Shown one piece after another: positions 35,001 through 47,447 of a DNA stretch of 64,000 nucleotides. Every line of letters begins with the position of its first letter. Position 1 is the stretch's first letter. The stretch is from Flectonema sp. DT1601 (taxonomy: Eukaryota), in contig OZ025795.1 in assembly GCA_964019425.1 (NCBI GenBank), positions 806,001 through 870,000 of the forward strand, read 5' to 3'. The notes under the pieces are model-generated. The model was given only the letters and a program-made list of their open reading frames with translations. It had not been told where the DNA came from and made no database searches. Both the position numbers and the translations under genes were made by a program.

Positions 35001-38000
35001 TTTCAGTTTCGAGATTCTATTCTTCTTCTTCGAAATCTTCTCAGAAGCATTTTCAGACTCCTCAGTCAGTTTCTTCACTTCCTCCTCAAGTTCTGATATC
35101 TTTCTACCGTCGGCGTCACGGTTCTTGTCAGAAGTGTCTTTCAAGTCATCAATCTTTTCCTCAAGTGATTTCATGCCGTCTTTCAGTTTCGAGATTTTAC
35201 TCTTCTTCTTCGAAATCTTCTCAGAAACATTTTTAGACTCCTCAGTCAGTTTCTTAACTTCCTCCTCAAGTTCTGATATCTTGCTTTCATCAGCATCACG
35301 AGTTTCGTCGGAAACCTTTTTAGATTCGTCGATCTGTTCCTCAAGCGATTTTATCTTCTCAGCAGAAGTCTCTTCCGATTCCTTAACTCCCTCTTTCAGT
35401 TGATTGATTTCTTCATTAAGTTCGGAGATCTGCCTCTTGTCGATTTCATGTGCATCGTCAGCAGAACTCTTGAGAGACTCAATCTCACTTTCGAGTGAAG
35501 AAACATTCTCCGACTTCTCATCGAACTTCTTCTGAAGTTCCGAAATCTGATCCTCCAAATCACAAATCTTACTACTCTTCGTATCATTCTCTGAAGTGTG
35601 AAGTTCTCGAGATTCTTCAACAGATTGCTTCAGAGACGAGATCTCTTCTTCGAGGGATTTGCTGCTCTCCTTTAATTTTGAGATTTTATTCTTCTTCTTC
35701 GAAATCTTCTCAGAAGTATTTTCAGACTCCTCAGTCAGTTTCTTCACTTCCTCCTCAAGTTCTGATATCTTGCTTCCATCAGCATCACGAGTTTCTTCGG
35801 AAGCCTTTTTAGATTCGTCGATCTGTTCCTCAAGCGATTTTATCTTCTCAGCAGAAGTCTCTTCCGATTCCTTAACTCCCTCTTTCAGTTGATTGATTTC
35901 TTCATTAAGTTCGGAGATCTGCTTCTTGTCGATTTTATGTGCATTGTCAGCAGAACTCTTGAGAGACTCAATCTCACTTTCGAGTGAAGAAACATTCTCC
36001 GACTTCTCATCGAACTTCTTCTGAAGTTCCGAAATCTGATCTTCCAAATCACAAATCTTACTACTCTTCGTATCATTCTCTGAAGTGTGAAGTTCTCGAG
36101 ATTCTTCAACAGATTGCTTCAGAGACGAGATCTCTTCTTCGAGGGATTTGTTGCTCTCCTTAAATTTTGAGATTTTATTCTTCTTCCTCGAAATCTTCTC
36201 AGAAGCATTTTCAGACACCTCAGTCAGTTTCTTTACTTCCTCCTCAAGTTCTGATATCTTGCTTCCATCAGCATCACGGGTCTTGTCAGAAGTGTCTTTC
36301 AAGTCATCAATCTTTTCCTCAAGTGATTTCATGCCGTCTTTCAGTTTCGAGATTTTACTCTTCTTCTTCACAATCTTCTCAGAAGCATTTTCAGATTCTT
36401 CAGTCAGTTTCTTAACTTCCTCCTCAAGTTCTGATATCTTGCTTCCATCAGCATCACGAGTTTCGTCGGAAGCCTTTTTAGATTCGTCGATCTGTTCCTC
36501 AAGCGATTTTATCTTCTCAGCAGAAGTCTCTTCCGATTCCTTAACTCCCTCTTTTAGTTGATTGATTTCTTCATTAAGTTCGGAGATCTGCTTCTTGTCG
36601 ATTTCATGTGCATCGTCAGCAGAACTCTTGAGAGACTCAATCTCACTTTCGAGTGAAGAAACATTCTCCGACTTCTCATCGAACTTCTTCTGAAGTTCCG
36701 AAATCTGATCTTCCAAATCACAAATCTTACTACTCTTCGTATCATTCTCTGAAGTGTGAAGTTCTCGAGATTCTTCAACAGATTGCTTCAGAGACGAGAT
36801 CTCTTCTTCGAGGGATTTGCTGCTCTCCTTTAATTTTGAGATTTTATTCTTCTTCTTCGAAATCTTCTCAGAAGTATTTTCAGACTCCTCAGTCAGTTTC
36901 TTAACTTCCTCTTCAAGTTCTGATATCTTGCTTTCATCAGCATCACGAGTTTCGTCGGAAACCTTTTTAGATTCGTCGATCTGTTCCTCAAGCGATTTTA
37001 TCTTCTCAGCAGAAGTCTCTTCCGATTCCTTAACTCCCTCTTTCAGTTGATTGATTTCTTCATTAAGTTCGGAGATCTGCCTCTTGTCGATTTCATGTGC
37101 ATCGTCAGCAGAACTCTTGAGAGACTCAATCTCACTTTCGAGTGAAGAAACATTCTCCGACTTCTCATCGAACTTCTTCTGAAGTTCCGAAATCTGATCC
37201 TCCAAATCACAAATCTTACTACTCTTCGTATCATTCTCTGAAGTGTGAAGTTCTCGAGATTCTTCAACAGATTGCTTCAGAGACGAGATCTCTTCTTCGA
37301 GGGATTTGCTGCTCTCCTTTAATTTTGAGATTTTATTCTTCTTCTTCGAAATCTTCTCAGAAGTATTTTCAGACTCCTCAGTCAGTTTCTTCACTTCCTC
37401 CTCAAGTTCTGATATCTTGCTTCCATCAGCATCACGAGTTTCTTCGGAAGACTTTTTAGATTCGTCGATCTGTTCCTCAAGCGATTTTATCTTCTCAGCA
37501 GAAGTCTCTTCCGATTCCTTAACTCCCTCTTTTAGTTGATTGATTTCTTCATTAAGTTCGGAGATCTGCTTCTTGTCGATTTCATGTGCATCGTCAGCAG
37601 AACTCTTGAGAGACTCAATCTCACTTTCGAGTGAAGAAACATTCTCCGACTTCTCATCGAACTTCTTCTGAAGTTCCGAAATCTGATCTTCCAAATCACA
37701 AATCTTACTACTCTTCGTATCATTCTCTGAAATGTGAAGTTCTCGAGATTCTTCAACAGATTGCTTCAGAGACGAGATCTCTTCTTCGAGGGATTTGCTG
37801 CTCTCCTTTAATTTTGAGATTTTACTCTTCTTCTTCGAAATCTTCTCAGAAGCATTTTCAGACTCCTCAGTCAGTTTCTTAACTTCCCCCTCAAGTTCTG
37901 ATATCTTGCTTTCATCAGCATCACGGTTCTTGTCAGAAGTGTCTTTCAAGTCATCAATTTTTTCCTCAAGTGATTTCATGCCGTCTTTCAGTTTCGAGAT

Positions 38001-41000
38001 TCTATTCTTCTTCTTCGAAATCTTCTCAGAAGCATTTTCAGACTCCTCAGTCAGTTTCTTCACTTCCTCCTCAAGTTCTGATATCTTTCTACCGTCGGCG
38101 TCACGGTTCTTGTCAGAAGTGTCTTTCAAGTCATCAATCTTTTCCTCAAGTGATTTCATGCCGTCTTTCAGTTTCGAGATTTTACTCTTCTTCTTCGAAA
38201 TCTTCTCAGAAACATTTTTAGACTCCTCAGTCAGTTTCTTAACTTCCTCCTCAAGTTCTGATATCTTGCTTTCATCAGCATCACGAGTTTCGTCGGAAAC
38301 CTTTTTAGATTCGTCGATCTGTTCCTCAAGCGATTTTATCTTCTCAGCAGAAGTCTCTTCCGATTCCTTAACTCCCTCTTTCAGTTGATTGATTTCTTCA
38401 TTAAGTTCGGAGATCTGCCTCTTGTCGATTTCATGTGCATCGTCAGCAGAACTCTTGAGAGACTCAATCTCACTTTCGAGTGAAGAAACATTCTCCGACT
38501 TCTCATCGAACTTCTTCTGAAGTTCCGAAATCTGATCTTCCAAATCACAAATCTTACTACTCTTCGTATCATTCTCTGAAGTGTGAAGTTCTCGAGATTC
38601 TTCAACAGATTGCTTCAGAGACGAGATCTCTTCTTCGAGGGATTTGTTGCTCTCCTTTAATTTTGAGATTTTACTCTTCTTCTTCGAAATCTTCTCAGAA
38701 GCATTTTCAGACTCCTCAGTCAGTTTCTTAATTTCCTCTTCAAGTTCTGATATCTTGCTTCCATCAGCATCACGAGTTTCTTCGGAAGCCTTTTTAGATT
38801 CGTCGATCTGTTCCTCAAGCGATTTTATCTTCTCAGCAGAAGTCTCTTCCGATTCCTTAACTCCCTCTTTCAGTTGATTGATTTCTTCATTAAGTTCGGA
38901 GATCTGCCTCTTGTAGATTTCATTTGCATCGTCAGCAGAACTCTTGAGAGACTCAATCTCACTTTCGAGTGAAGAAACATTCTCCGACTTCTCATCGAAC
39001 TTCTTCTGAAGTTCCGAAATCTGATCCTCCAAATCACAAATCTTACTACTCTTCGTATCATTCTCTGAAGTGTGAAGTTCTCGAGATTCTTCAACAGATT
39101 GCTTCAGAGACGAGATCTCTTCTTCGAGGGATTTGTTGCTCTCCTTTAATTTTGAGATTTTACTCTTCTTCTTCGAAATCTTCTCAGAAGCATTTTCAGA
39201 CTCCTCAGTCAGTTTCTTCACTTCCTCCTCAAGTTCTGATATCTTGCTTCCATCAGCATCACGGTTCTTGTCAGAAGTGTCTTTCAAGTCATCAATCTTT
39301 TCCTCAAGTGATTTCATGCCGTCTTTCAGTTTCGAGATTTTACTCTTCTTCTTCGAAATCTTCTCAGAAGCATTTTCAGACTCCTCAGTCAGTTTCTTAA
39401 CTTCCTCCTCAAGTTCTGATATCTTGCTTCCATCAGCATCACGAGTTTCGTCGGAAGCCTTTTTAGATTCGTCGATCTGTTCCTCAAGCGATTTTATCTT
39501 CTCAGCAGAAGTCTCTTCCGATTCCTTAACTCCCTCTTTTAGTTGATTGATTTCTTCATTAAGTTCGGAGATCTGCTTCTTGTCGATTTCATGTGCATCG
39601 TCAGCAGAACTCTTGAGAGACTCAATCTCACTTTCGAGTGAAGAAACATTCTCCGACTTCTCATCGAACTTCTTCTGAAGTTCCGAAATCTGATCTTCCA
39701 AATCACAAATCTTACTACTCTTCGTATCATTCTCTGAAGTGTGAAGTTCTCGAGATTCTTCAACAGATTGCTTCAGAAACGAGATCTCTTCTTCGAGGGA
39801 TTTGTTGCTCTCCTTAAATTTTGAGATTTTATTCTTCTTCCTCGAAATCTTCTCAGAAGCATTTTCAGACTCCTCAGTCAGTTTCTTTACTTCCTCCTCA
39901 AGTTCTGATATCTTGCTTTCATCAGCATCACGGTTCTTGTCAGAAGTGTCTTTCAAGTCATCAATCTTTTCCTCAAGTGATTTCATGCCGTCTTTCAGTT
40001 TCGAGATTTTACTCTTCTTCTTCACAATCTTCTCAGAAGCATTTTCAGATTCTTCAGTCAGTTTCTTAACTTCCTCCTCAAGTTCTGATATCTTGCTTCC
40101 ATCAGCATCACGAGTTTCTTCGGAAGCCTTTTTAGATTCGTCGATCTGTTCCTCAAGCGATTTTATCTTCTCAGCAGAAGTCTCTTCCGATTCCTTAACT
40201 CCCTCTTTCAGTTGATTGATTTCTTCATTAAGTTCGGAGATCTGCCTCTTGTCGATTTCATGTGCATCGTCAGCAGAACTCTTGAGAGACTCAATCTCAC
40301 TTTCGAGTGAAGAAACATTCTCCGACTTCTCATCGAACTTCTTCTGAAGCTCAGAAATCTGATCTTCCAAATCACTAATCTTACTACTCTTCGTATCATT
40401 CTCTGAAGTGTGAAGTTCTCGAGATTCTTCAACAGATTGCTTCAGAGACGAGATCTCCTCTTCGAGGGATTTGTTGCTCTCCTTTAATTTTGAGATTTTA
40501 TTCTTCTTCTTCGAAATCTTCTCAGAAGCATTTTCAGACTCCTCAGTCAGTTTCTTCACTTCCTCCTCAAGTTCTGATATCTTGCTTCCATCAGCATCAC
40601 GGGTCTTGTCAGAAGTGTCTTTCAAGTCATCAATCTTTTCCTCAAGTGATTTCATGCAGTCTTTCAGTTTCGAGATTTTACTCTTCTTCTTCGAAATCTT
40701 CTCAGAAGCATTTTCAGACTCCTCAGTCAGTTTCTTAACTTCCTCCTCAAGTTCTGATATCTTGCTTCCATCAGCATCACGAGTTTCGTCGGAAGCCTTT
40801 TTAGATTCGTCGATCTGTTCCTCAAGCGATTTTATCTTCTCAGCAGAAGTCTCTTCCGATTCCTTAACTCCCTCTTTTAGTTGATTGATTTCTTCATTAA
40901 GTTCGGAGATCTGCTTCTTGTCGATTTTATGTGCATCGTCAGCAGAACTCTTGAGAGACTCAATCTCACTTTCGAGTGAAGAAACATTCTCCGACTTCTC

Positions 41001-43046
41001 ATCGAACTTCTTCTGAAGTTCCGAAATCTGATCCTCCAAATCACAAATCTTACTACTCTTCGTATCATTCTCTGAAGTGTGAAGTTCTCGAGATTCTTCA
41101 ACAGATTGCTTCAGAGACGAGATCTCTTCTTCGAGGGATTTGCTGCTCTCCTTTAATTTTGAGATTTTATTCTTCTTCTTCGAAATCTTCTCAGAAGTAT
41201 TTTCAGACTCCTCAGTCAGTTTCTTCACTTCCTCCTCAAGTTCTGATATCTTGCTTCCATCAGCATCACGAGCTTCTTCGGAAGCCTTTTTAGATTCGTC
41301 GATCTGTTCCTCAAGCGATTTTATCTTCTCAGCAGAAGTCTCTTCCGATTCCTTAACTCCCTCTTTCAGTTGATTGATTTCTTCATTAAGTTCGGAGATC
41401 TGCTTCTTGTCGATTTTATGTGCATCGTCAGCAGAACTCTTGAGAGACTCAATCTCACTTTCGAGTGAAGAAACATTCTCCGACTTCTCATCGAACTTCT
41501 TCTGAAGTTCCGAAATCTGATCTTCCAAATCACTAATCTTACTACTCTTCGTATCATTCTCTGAAGTGTGAAGTTCTCGAGATTCTTCAACAGATTGCTT
41601 CAGAGACGAGATCTCTTCTTCGAGGGATTTGTTGCTCTCCTTAAATTTTGAGATTTTATTCTTCTTCCTCGAAATCTTCTCAGAAGCATTTTCAGACACC
41701 TCAGTCAGTTTCTTTACTTCCTCCTCAAGTTCTGATATCTTGCTTCCATCAGCATCACGGGTCTTGTCAGAAGTGTCTTTCAAGTCATCAATCTTTTCCT
41801 CAAGTGATTTCATGCCGTCTTTCAGTTTCGAGATTTTACTCTTCTTCTTCACAATCTTCTCAGAAGCATTTTCAGATTCTTCAGTCAGTTTCTTAACTTC
41901 CTCCTCAAGTTCTGATATCTTGCTTCCATCAGCATCACGAGTTTCTTCGGAAGCCTTTTTAGATTCGTCGATCTGTTCCTCAAGCGATTTTATCTTCTCA
42001 GCAGAAGTCTCTTCCGATTCCTTAACTCCCTCTTTCAGTTGATTGATTTCTTCATTAAGTTCGGAGATCTGCTTCTTGTCGATTTTATGTGCATCGTCAG
42101 CAGAACTCTTGAGAGACTCAATCTCACTTTCGAGTGAAGAAACATTCTCCAACTTCTCATCGAACTTCTTCTGAAGTTCCGAAATCTGATCTTCCAAATC
42201 ACTAATCTTACTTTTCTTCGTATCATTCGCTGAAGTGTGAAGTTCTCGAGATTCTTCAACAGATTGCTTCAGAGACGAGATCTCTTCTTCGAGGGATTTG
42301 TTGCTCTCCTTTAATTTTGAGATTTTACTCTTCTTCTTCGAAATCTTCTCAGAAGCACTTTCAGACTCCTCAGTCAGTTTCTTAACTTCCTCTTCAAGTT
42401 CTGATATCTTGCTTCCATCAGCATCACGAGTTTCATTGGAAGTCGTTTTAGATTCTTCGATCTGTTCCTCAAGTAATTTGATGTCGATTCTAAGTTTTGA
42501 TATCTCGTCTTGTTTCTTTGTTATTGTCTCAGAAGAAACTTCTGATTCTTCAATCAGCTGTTTAATTTGTTCCTCAAGTTCTGTAGTATTGACGCTAGTG
42601 ATGTCATGTGAAGCCAGTTGTTCTTCGAGGGATTGTATCTTTTTAGAAGAGTCACTGGAAGATTGCTCATGAGAGGCATTCTGTACTGTGAGATTATTGA
42701 TTTTTGTTTCTAACTGAGAATTCTGATTACGAAAGTCATCAACAGTAGTAGTCAACGACTGAATTTCAGATTCCAGAGAAGTGTTACTCGCTGTTTCTGC
42801 TGCTTTTATTAAGCCCTGAAGAGTTAACTGACTGTTGTAAGGTTCCAAAACTGACGTGTGTTTCCTTTCCAAAAGGAAGTTGTTGTGATTTCTAAATATT
42901 TTTGATATAACTCCCAAATCATGAACAACTTTATTAGTTTCGTTATCACTTGGAATACCTTCAGCTAACTGTCTGTTTTCAGTAAGGAGGGTTTCAAGAA
43001 CAGACATAATTTGATGCATATCCTCCCGCAGTCTGCGGAAGGACAT
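29039..43046 (-). CDS. Giant coiled-coil repeat protein with C-terminal ankyrin repeats; 3 exons (43046-29717, 29642-29478, 29412-29039), ~4,622 aa
   Basis: Two phase-1 GT-AG introns join ORF 29676..43046 to GLTQSNPP...KSSS and then to GFTALHAASRYGHLEICKLLLSAGA / GATPLHWAVEHGH / GNTPLMDAV ankyrin repeats. Confidence 0.88.
29413..29477 (-). other. Spliceosomal intron (65 nt, phase 1)
   Basis: G|GTATGT...ACACAACAG|GT; its removal builds a canonical ankyrin GFTALH motif. Confidence 0.9.
29643..29716 (-). other. Spliceosomal intron (74 nt, phase 1)
   Basis: GAAG|GTATGT...AAATAAAG|GTCTT; removes the stop at 29676 and moves into the frame leading to the ankyrin exon. Confidence 0.8.
31745..42480. 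repeat. Coding tandem array: 18 copies of a 489-bp (163-aa) unit with 0-2 inserted 180-bp (60-aa) subunits
   Basis: Shadow-ORF periodicity gives spacings of 489, 669 and 849 bp; copies are nearly identical. Confidence 0.97.
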
Positions 43047-43149
43047 CTTTAGTGGTGTCAGCGACCTACAGAAAAAGAACTAATTAAACAAAATAAAGAA
43101 GCGTATCTAAATCACTACTAACACGAAGCGAATTCCTACATGTGAAATA

Positions 43150-43578
43150 TTATTTGAACTCAATCAGCTGAGTTCTTATTAAAGACAACATTGAAGATAA
43201 ACCAATAGATCGAAGCATTGACAATCCTAATGTCTTTGGTAAATCATCGTGATGAGATTCAATAAATGAAATAGCATCTTTCCTCTTCGATCCATTTATA
43301 ATTGCGGCAACTAACCCAGCTGCTCCTTTACTGATTAATGCATCTGAATGGCCTGAGATGTACACCCTGTCTGATTTTACTGTACTTCTGATGTATGTTT
43401 CACTTAAACATCCAGTTACCCTGTTAGTAGGTATTCGGTGTTTACTTTCTAAGCAATCAAGAGTTCCTCCAAAACTAATCAATTTCGAATATATGTCAGT
43501 GGTACCAGTTCCTAGTAGTTGTAGCAGATTATTCTTCTTAAACTCTAAGGAACTTTTCGAAGCAGGTACGGCAGCCAT
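43150..43578 (-). CDS. SufE-like Fe-S metabolism sulfur-acceptor protein
   Basis: YSKLISFGGTL, NRVTGCLS (conserved Cys), GHSDALISKG and LGLSMLRSIGL match the SufE/CsdE family pattern. Confidence 0.8.
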   Translation of the reverse strand: MAAVPASKSSLEFKKNNLLQLLGTGTTDIYSKLISFGGTLDCLESKHRIPTNRVTGCLSETYIRSTVKSDRVYISGHSDALISKGAAGLVAAIINGSKRKDAISFIESHHDDLPKTLGLSMLRSIGLSSMLSLIRTQLIEFK

Positions 43579-44405
43579 ACTTTTAGGGATGTGGAGGAGG
43601 TCAATTCATTTCCTGAACAACAGTTTAAGTTATCATAAATAGTGAGAAGATAAAATAAAACTTAATAAAAGGAACTTTCTAAAGCAATCAAAACGCCAAG
43701 CACGTCAGATACCACTTCTCTCGGTATTAAATCTGTTATAAGAAAATACAAATAGCATCACGTAAAATTTGTTTTTTGATTTTTTTTTCCTTGAGCGATA
43801 AAAAATAAGACTCACTTCTTTAAAAAAAATAAGAAAAAAAAGTGTAAGAACGGGTATGTGGGTAGTGGGTCATGCTGTGAGTGAAGATTCGTTCACAACA
43901 TAATTTAGACCCCCCAAAGTAGGTTCGGAAGTATGAAAGCAACCGAAATGGGGAACCAAATTCAATAATTTCCCCCCCCCTTCCGTTACATTATGCAAAT
44001 ACGAATAAAGATTTTTAAAAAAAAAAAAAGAGAATAAATCATCACTATCAATAATAACTAATATAACAAAAACTTAATGAACAAACGCCTCACCGCACTT
44101 CACCTCAACACAATAGGGTGTAAATGGTTAATATTTCAGCTGCTTTTTTCACTTCTCAAAAAGGAACTGATGCTCTGATAAAGATGGCAATAATTAAATA
44201 TAAGCCCAATCCTTCTCTGAAATCATCAGAGAAGGAGAAAGACATCATAGGTGCATGTTTACTACTAAAAGAGACCACATCAATCACGAACAGTATCTCA
44301 GATTATAAGCAAAGCCCTCTCTGGAAAGAGAAAACTGACATCCACAACATTCGGATTACCCTCTGGATTTGTAAGTGCCAGAAGAGCATGATTTATATAA
44401 ATGAT

Positions 44406-44533
44406 TATTCAGATTAGCATTATATTTCATGGACGCAGACAGACGGATTCTGTCGCACGAGGGAATATAACTCATGACCATAAGAAATAACGGTTTTCAA
44501 TCTGAATAGTTTCTTCTCCGACTACGTCGGTAC
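44406..44533 (+). mobile_element. Family A element, diverged full-length copy
   Basis: ATTCAGATTAGC...TCAATCTGAATAGTTTCTTCT-CCGAC-TAC-GTCGG-TAC followed by an A-run. Confidence 0.75.
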
Positions 44534-44823
44534 AAAAAAAAAAAATATTTCGGAATGCCCCGAGAAAACTGCAATTCGTAAAAATAATCGAAACACCAAA
44601 ATAGTTATTAAGAAAATAATTGACCGACTTCAAGCATATGTGGTCTTCTCTTAGAAGGATAGAGGGCGTTGCCGTCGAATATATTTATTCGTTCTCATAA
44701 AAGAATAGTAGCAAAGTCTTTGACAATTAATTTAAAAAAAAAAAAAAAAGAATTAAGGCAGTATACCTTTTTTTTTTGAGTACTACAAAACAAAACAAAA
44801 CAAAACTAACAAAACAAAAACAA

Positions 44824-47088
44824 CTAAAGATGATCATGATCTGAGGAATTAGTTCTACGTAGCTCATCATCTTGTTGAATCCTCTCTTGGGATTGATCAA
44901 CAGCTGTGAATAAGAATGCCAACGGTTCTGTTTTATTCTGACTTAACCTACAGAGGTGATGTTGGACAACAATATGTTTATCACACATTGCGAGAGAAGT
45001 AGCTGCTTCAGTAAATTTGCGAGCTTGCATTAAGCAAGATGCTCTACTAATTGGGTCTTCATCAGTCTCACCAACTTGGATATGATACATCCATTCAGCA
45101 TCTTGATTTTCAGAGTATTCGATGCTGTCAACGAGGAGGAAAAATGGCGTACTGTCAGCCAGCCAATCAACAAAATAGAATCTCTCCATTGGAACTGCAT
45201 TAGATCTAAACTTATCAGTGCACAGGGTTGATATTCCAAGAAAACGTGATATTTTTAATAAAGTTTCTAACTCATCACAAACACTACCATGAACTATCGA
45301 ATACCTCGCTAGATCACCACCAGCAATACCAGCAAGGCAATCACCTTGACCAATCACAAATGATACTTGTAAATCAGGTAAAGCAGTATGAATAGATCTC
45401 TTAGCCCTACAAGGCTCATTAGTAGACCATCCCATGAAGACTAACTGAGCATGAGATGCTACCAAACTAATAGTCCTTCCACCATGCTGTCTGCTCATAG
45501 CATGAAGAGCTGTGGAGAAGGTGTTTAGTGTTTCACTGCTGGTGCATGTTTCGTGGTTTAATACCACTCGGATGACCGTTATTTTTGATTTTTTAACTCC
45601 AATAGCAAGATTGCTTTGAGTAGCAACCCTCACTCGATTTCCTTCTTCAGAACCGACAGATGCAGAACGGTGAGAGCGGAATGACGATACAGAACGGATG
45701 TCACCACACTTTTCAACAATAGGAGTAGCAGATACCTGAATCATGTCTGGTAGGAATCTCCTATACTCAACCAATACACCTACTATGTCTTTGAAAGCCA
45801 GAAGCATCGGATGAGCTTTTTCATCCAGTCGATGTAAAAAACTAACCGAATCGAGATCCATCACAGCAATGGCTGCTGCTGTTCTCGTGGATATTTTGAG
45901 AACCATTTCCAAACGTTTGCGAGAGACTGATGTTTTAGCAATGAGGCCACATATAAATATTATTGCAATACCGAATATGGCAGCCATTAAAACTGCTGCC
46001 AACATTGGGGTTATTGTCCTTCGAGAATCATCGAAGGCTGAGGTACGTCTGATTAAGACTTCCCACTCTCTGGTAGCAAAGGTTATTACATCAGAAATAG
46101 TATTTGGGAGGTTTGAAACATTTTGATAATGCGTAGCTGCATTGTTGTCGGAATGGAGTAGCGAATTGTTGTCGGTTCTGTCAACCAAACTAATTTCTAT
46201 TCCGTGCTGTCTGATTCCTGAAATGGAATGTGCTACCATGTCTCCTATTCTACACACTCCAACTGCAAATCCTTTTACGGTGTCGTTTGCAAAAACCGGA
46301 GCAAGCAATAAGAATCCAAACTGAACCTCTCCCTCCTGAACAAGTCGTACCATAGCAGAAGCAACTGATTGCTTAACTTTACTTGATAATGTTAGAGCAG
46401 CAAGTCTGACATCGCTAGAACCAACATCAAGACCATGAGCTCTGATATTATTTTCATAAGGTTCAATATAATACACTGGATAGTACAAGGATGCGTTGTC
46501 TCTGACATAGCCATTAACATCAGTGAGAAAGAATCCAGGATACGATTTATTATTTTTATGTTCCCTCCACCTATCACGATAGGGTGTTTGCATTGCTAAT
46601 TCATACTCTTCCCGTCTATCATGTGATACCTGAGGAATCCAACCCATTGCTTGATAGTAGTTTGATTTACCTTTACCTAACGTTGTTACAAATCTACGAA
46701 ACTCATCTGAGTTGACTGAAGTAGATGCAGCGAACAATCCAGCAATACTAATGCAGTCTTTCCTCGTTAAATAAACAGTACTTAGTAAGTGAGATACTAT
46801 TACCCTTGCGATTTCATCATGGGCTGTTTCTATTGTGGTGGTTTCATGTTCAGAAAGAGTTCGATAGACAAACAGCCATGTTAATATAGCAATAACAGGA
46901 CCACATAATACTGAACAGTAGTATATTTTATGAGATCCGTGTAATGACGACTGTGTGTCATCGTCATCAGTGTTTATGATTTCTGATTGTTCTCCTCCCT
47001 TTCCTTTCTGTTTTGGAATTGCAATCACATTATCAGACACAACATCATCTTTGAGTTCAACTATTGAAACTACAGGTGCGAAATTCAT
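44824..47088 (-). CDS. Two-TM receptor: extracellular CHASE domain plus degenerate class III nucleotide-cyclase-like domain
   Basis: TM1; CHASE motifs (AMGWIPQV, YYPVYYIEPYENN..AHGLD, LVQ, GFLLLAPVF, GFAVGV); TM2; then EYRRFLP and EWMY motifs flanking a cyclase-like region that lacks the metal-binding aspartates. Confidence 0.8.
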   Translation of the reverse strand: MNFAPVVSIVELKDDVVSDNVIAIPKQKGKGGEQSEIINTDDDDTQSSLHGSHKIYYCSVLCGPVIAILTWLFVYRTLSEHETTTIETAHDEIARVIVSHLLSTVYLTRKDCISIAGLFAASTSVNSDEFRRFVTTLGKGKSNYYQAMGWIPQVSHDRREEYELAMQTPYRDRWREHKNNKSYPGFFLTDVNGYVRDNASLYYPVYYIEPYENNIRAHGLDVGSSDVRLAALTLSSKVKQSVASAMVRLVQEGEVQFGFLLLAPVFANDTVKGFAVGVCRIGDMVAHSISGIRQHGIEISLVDRTDNNSLLHSDNNAATHYQNVSNLPNTISDVITFATREWEVLIRRTSAFDDSRRTITPMLAAVLMAAIFGIAIIFICGLIAKTSVSRKRLEMVLKISTRTAAAIAVMDLDSVSFLHRLDEKAHPMLLAFKDIVGVLVEYRRFLPDMIQVSATPIVEKCGDIRSVSSFRSHRSASVGSEEGNRVRVATQSNLAIGVKKSKITVIRVVLNHETCTSSETLNTFSTALHAMSRQHGGRTISLVASHAQLVFMGWSTNEPCRAKRSIHTALPDLQVSFVIGQGDCLAGIAGGDLARYSIVHGSVCDELETLLKISRFLGISTLCTDKFRSNAVPMERFYFVDWLADSTPFFLLVDSIEYSENQDAEWMYHIQVGETDEDPISRASCLMQARKFTEAATSLAMCDKHIVVQHHLCRLSQNKTEPLAFLFTAVDQSQERIQQDDELRRTNSSDHDHL

Positions 47089-47447
47089 TTTTTTTTTTTT
47101 TTTTTTTTTTTTTTGGTATTCTTTTTTTCCCCCTTTTCTTCTTCCTCAACACAAACAATCCTGTATTGATAATAATATGAGTTTTATAACAAGCCACACT
47201 AAAAACACAATTGTTCTGCTGTTCCATAAAACACTATTTTCAGCAGGCTGAATCTCATACTACTTGTTCCACTTCATTAGTACGTTTTGGGGGTCAGTCC
47301 TGTAGAGATAATTATCTTCACTTGTGTTTTTTTTTTTTTTTTTTTCAATTTCTATACAAAAGAAAAAACAACATAAAGTAACGTAAACATGGACATAAAT
47401 ACTTCAAGACGGATCTGTAAAGGAGAATCGTCACTCTGAAAAACGTA

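Noticed and set aside
31922..42672. Dozens of repeated 74-197 aa ORFs on both strands; superficially array-like or CRISPR-like periodicity
   Set aside because: Alternative-frame shadows of the coding tandem repeat; there are no unique spacers and no cas genes.
44100..44400. ORF 44124..44417 (+) and a coding-looking minus-strand stretch
   Set aside because: No recognisable motif; the plus ORF opposes the cluster strand and the minus frame is broken by stops.
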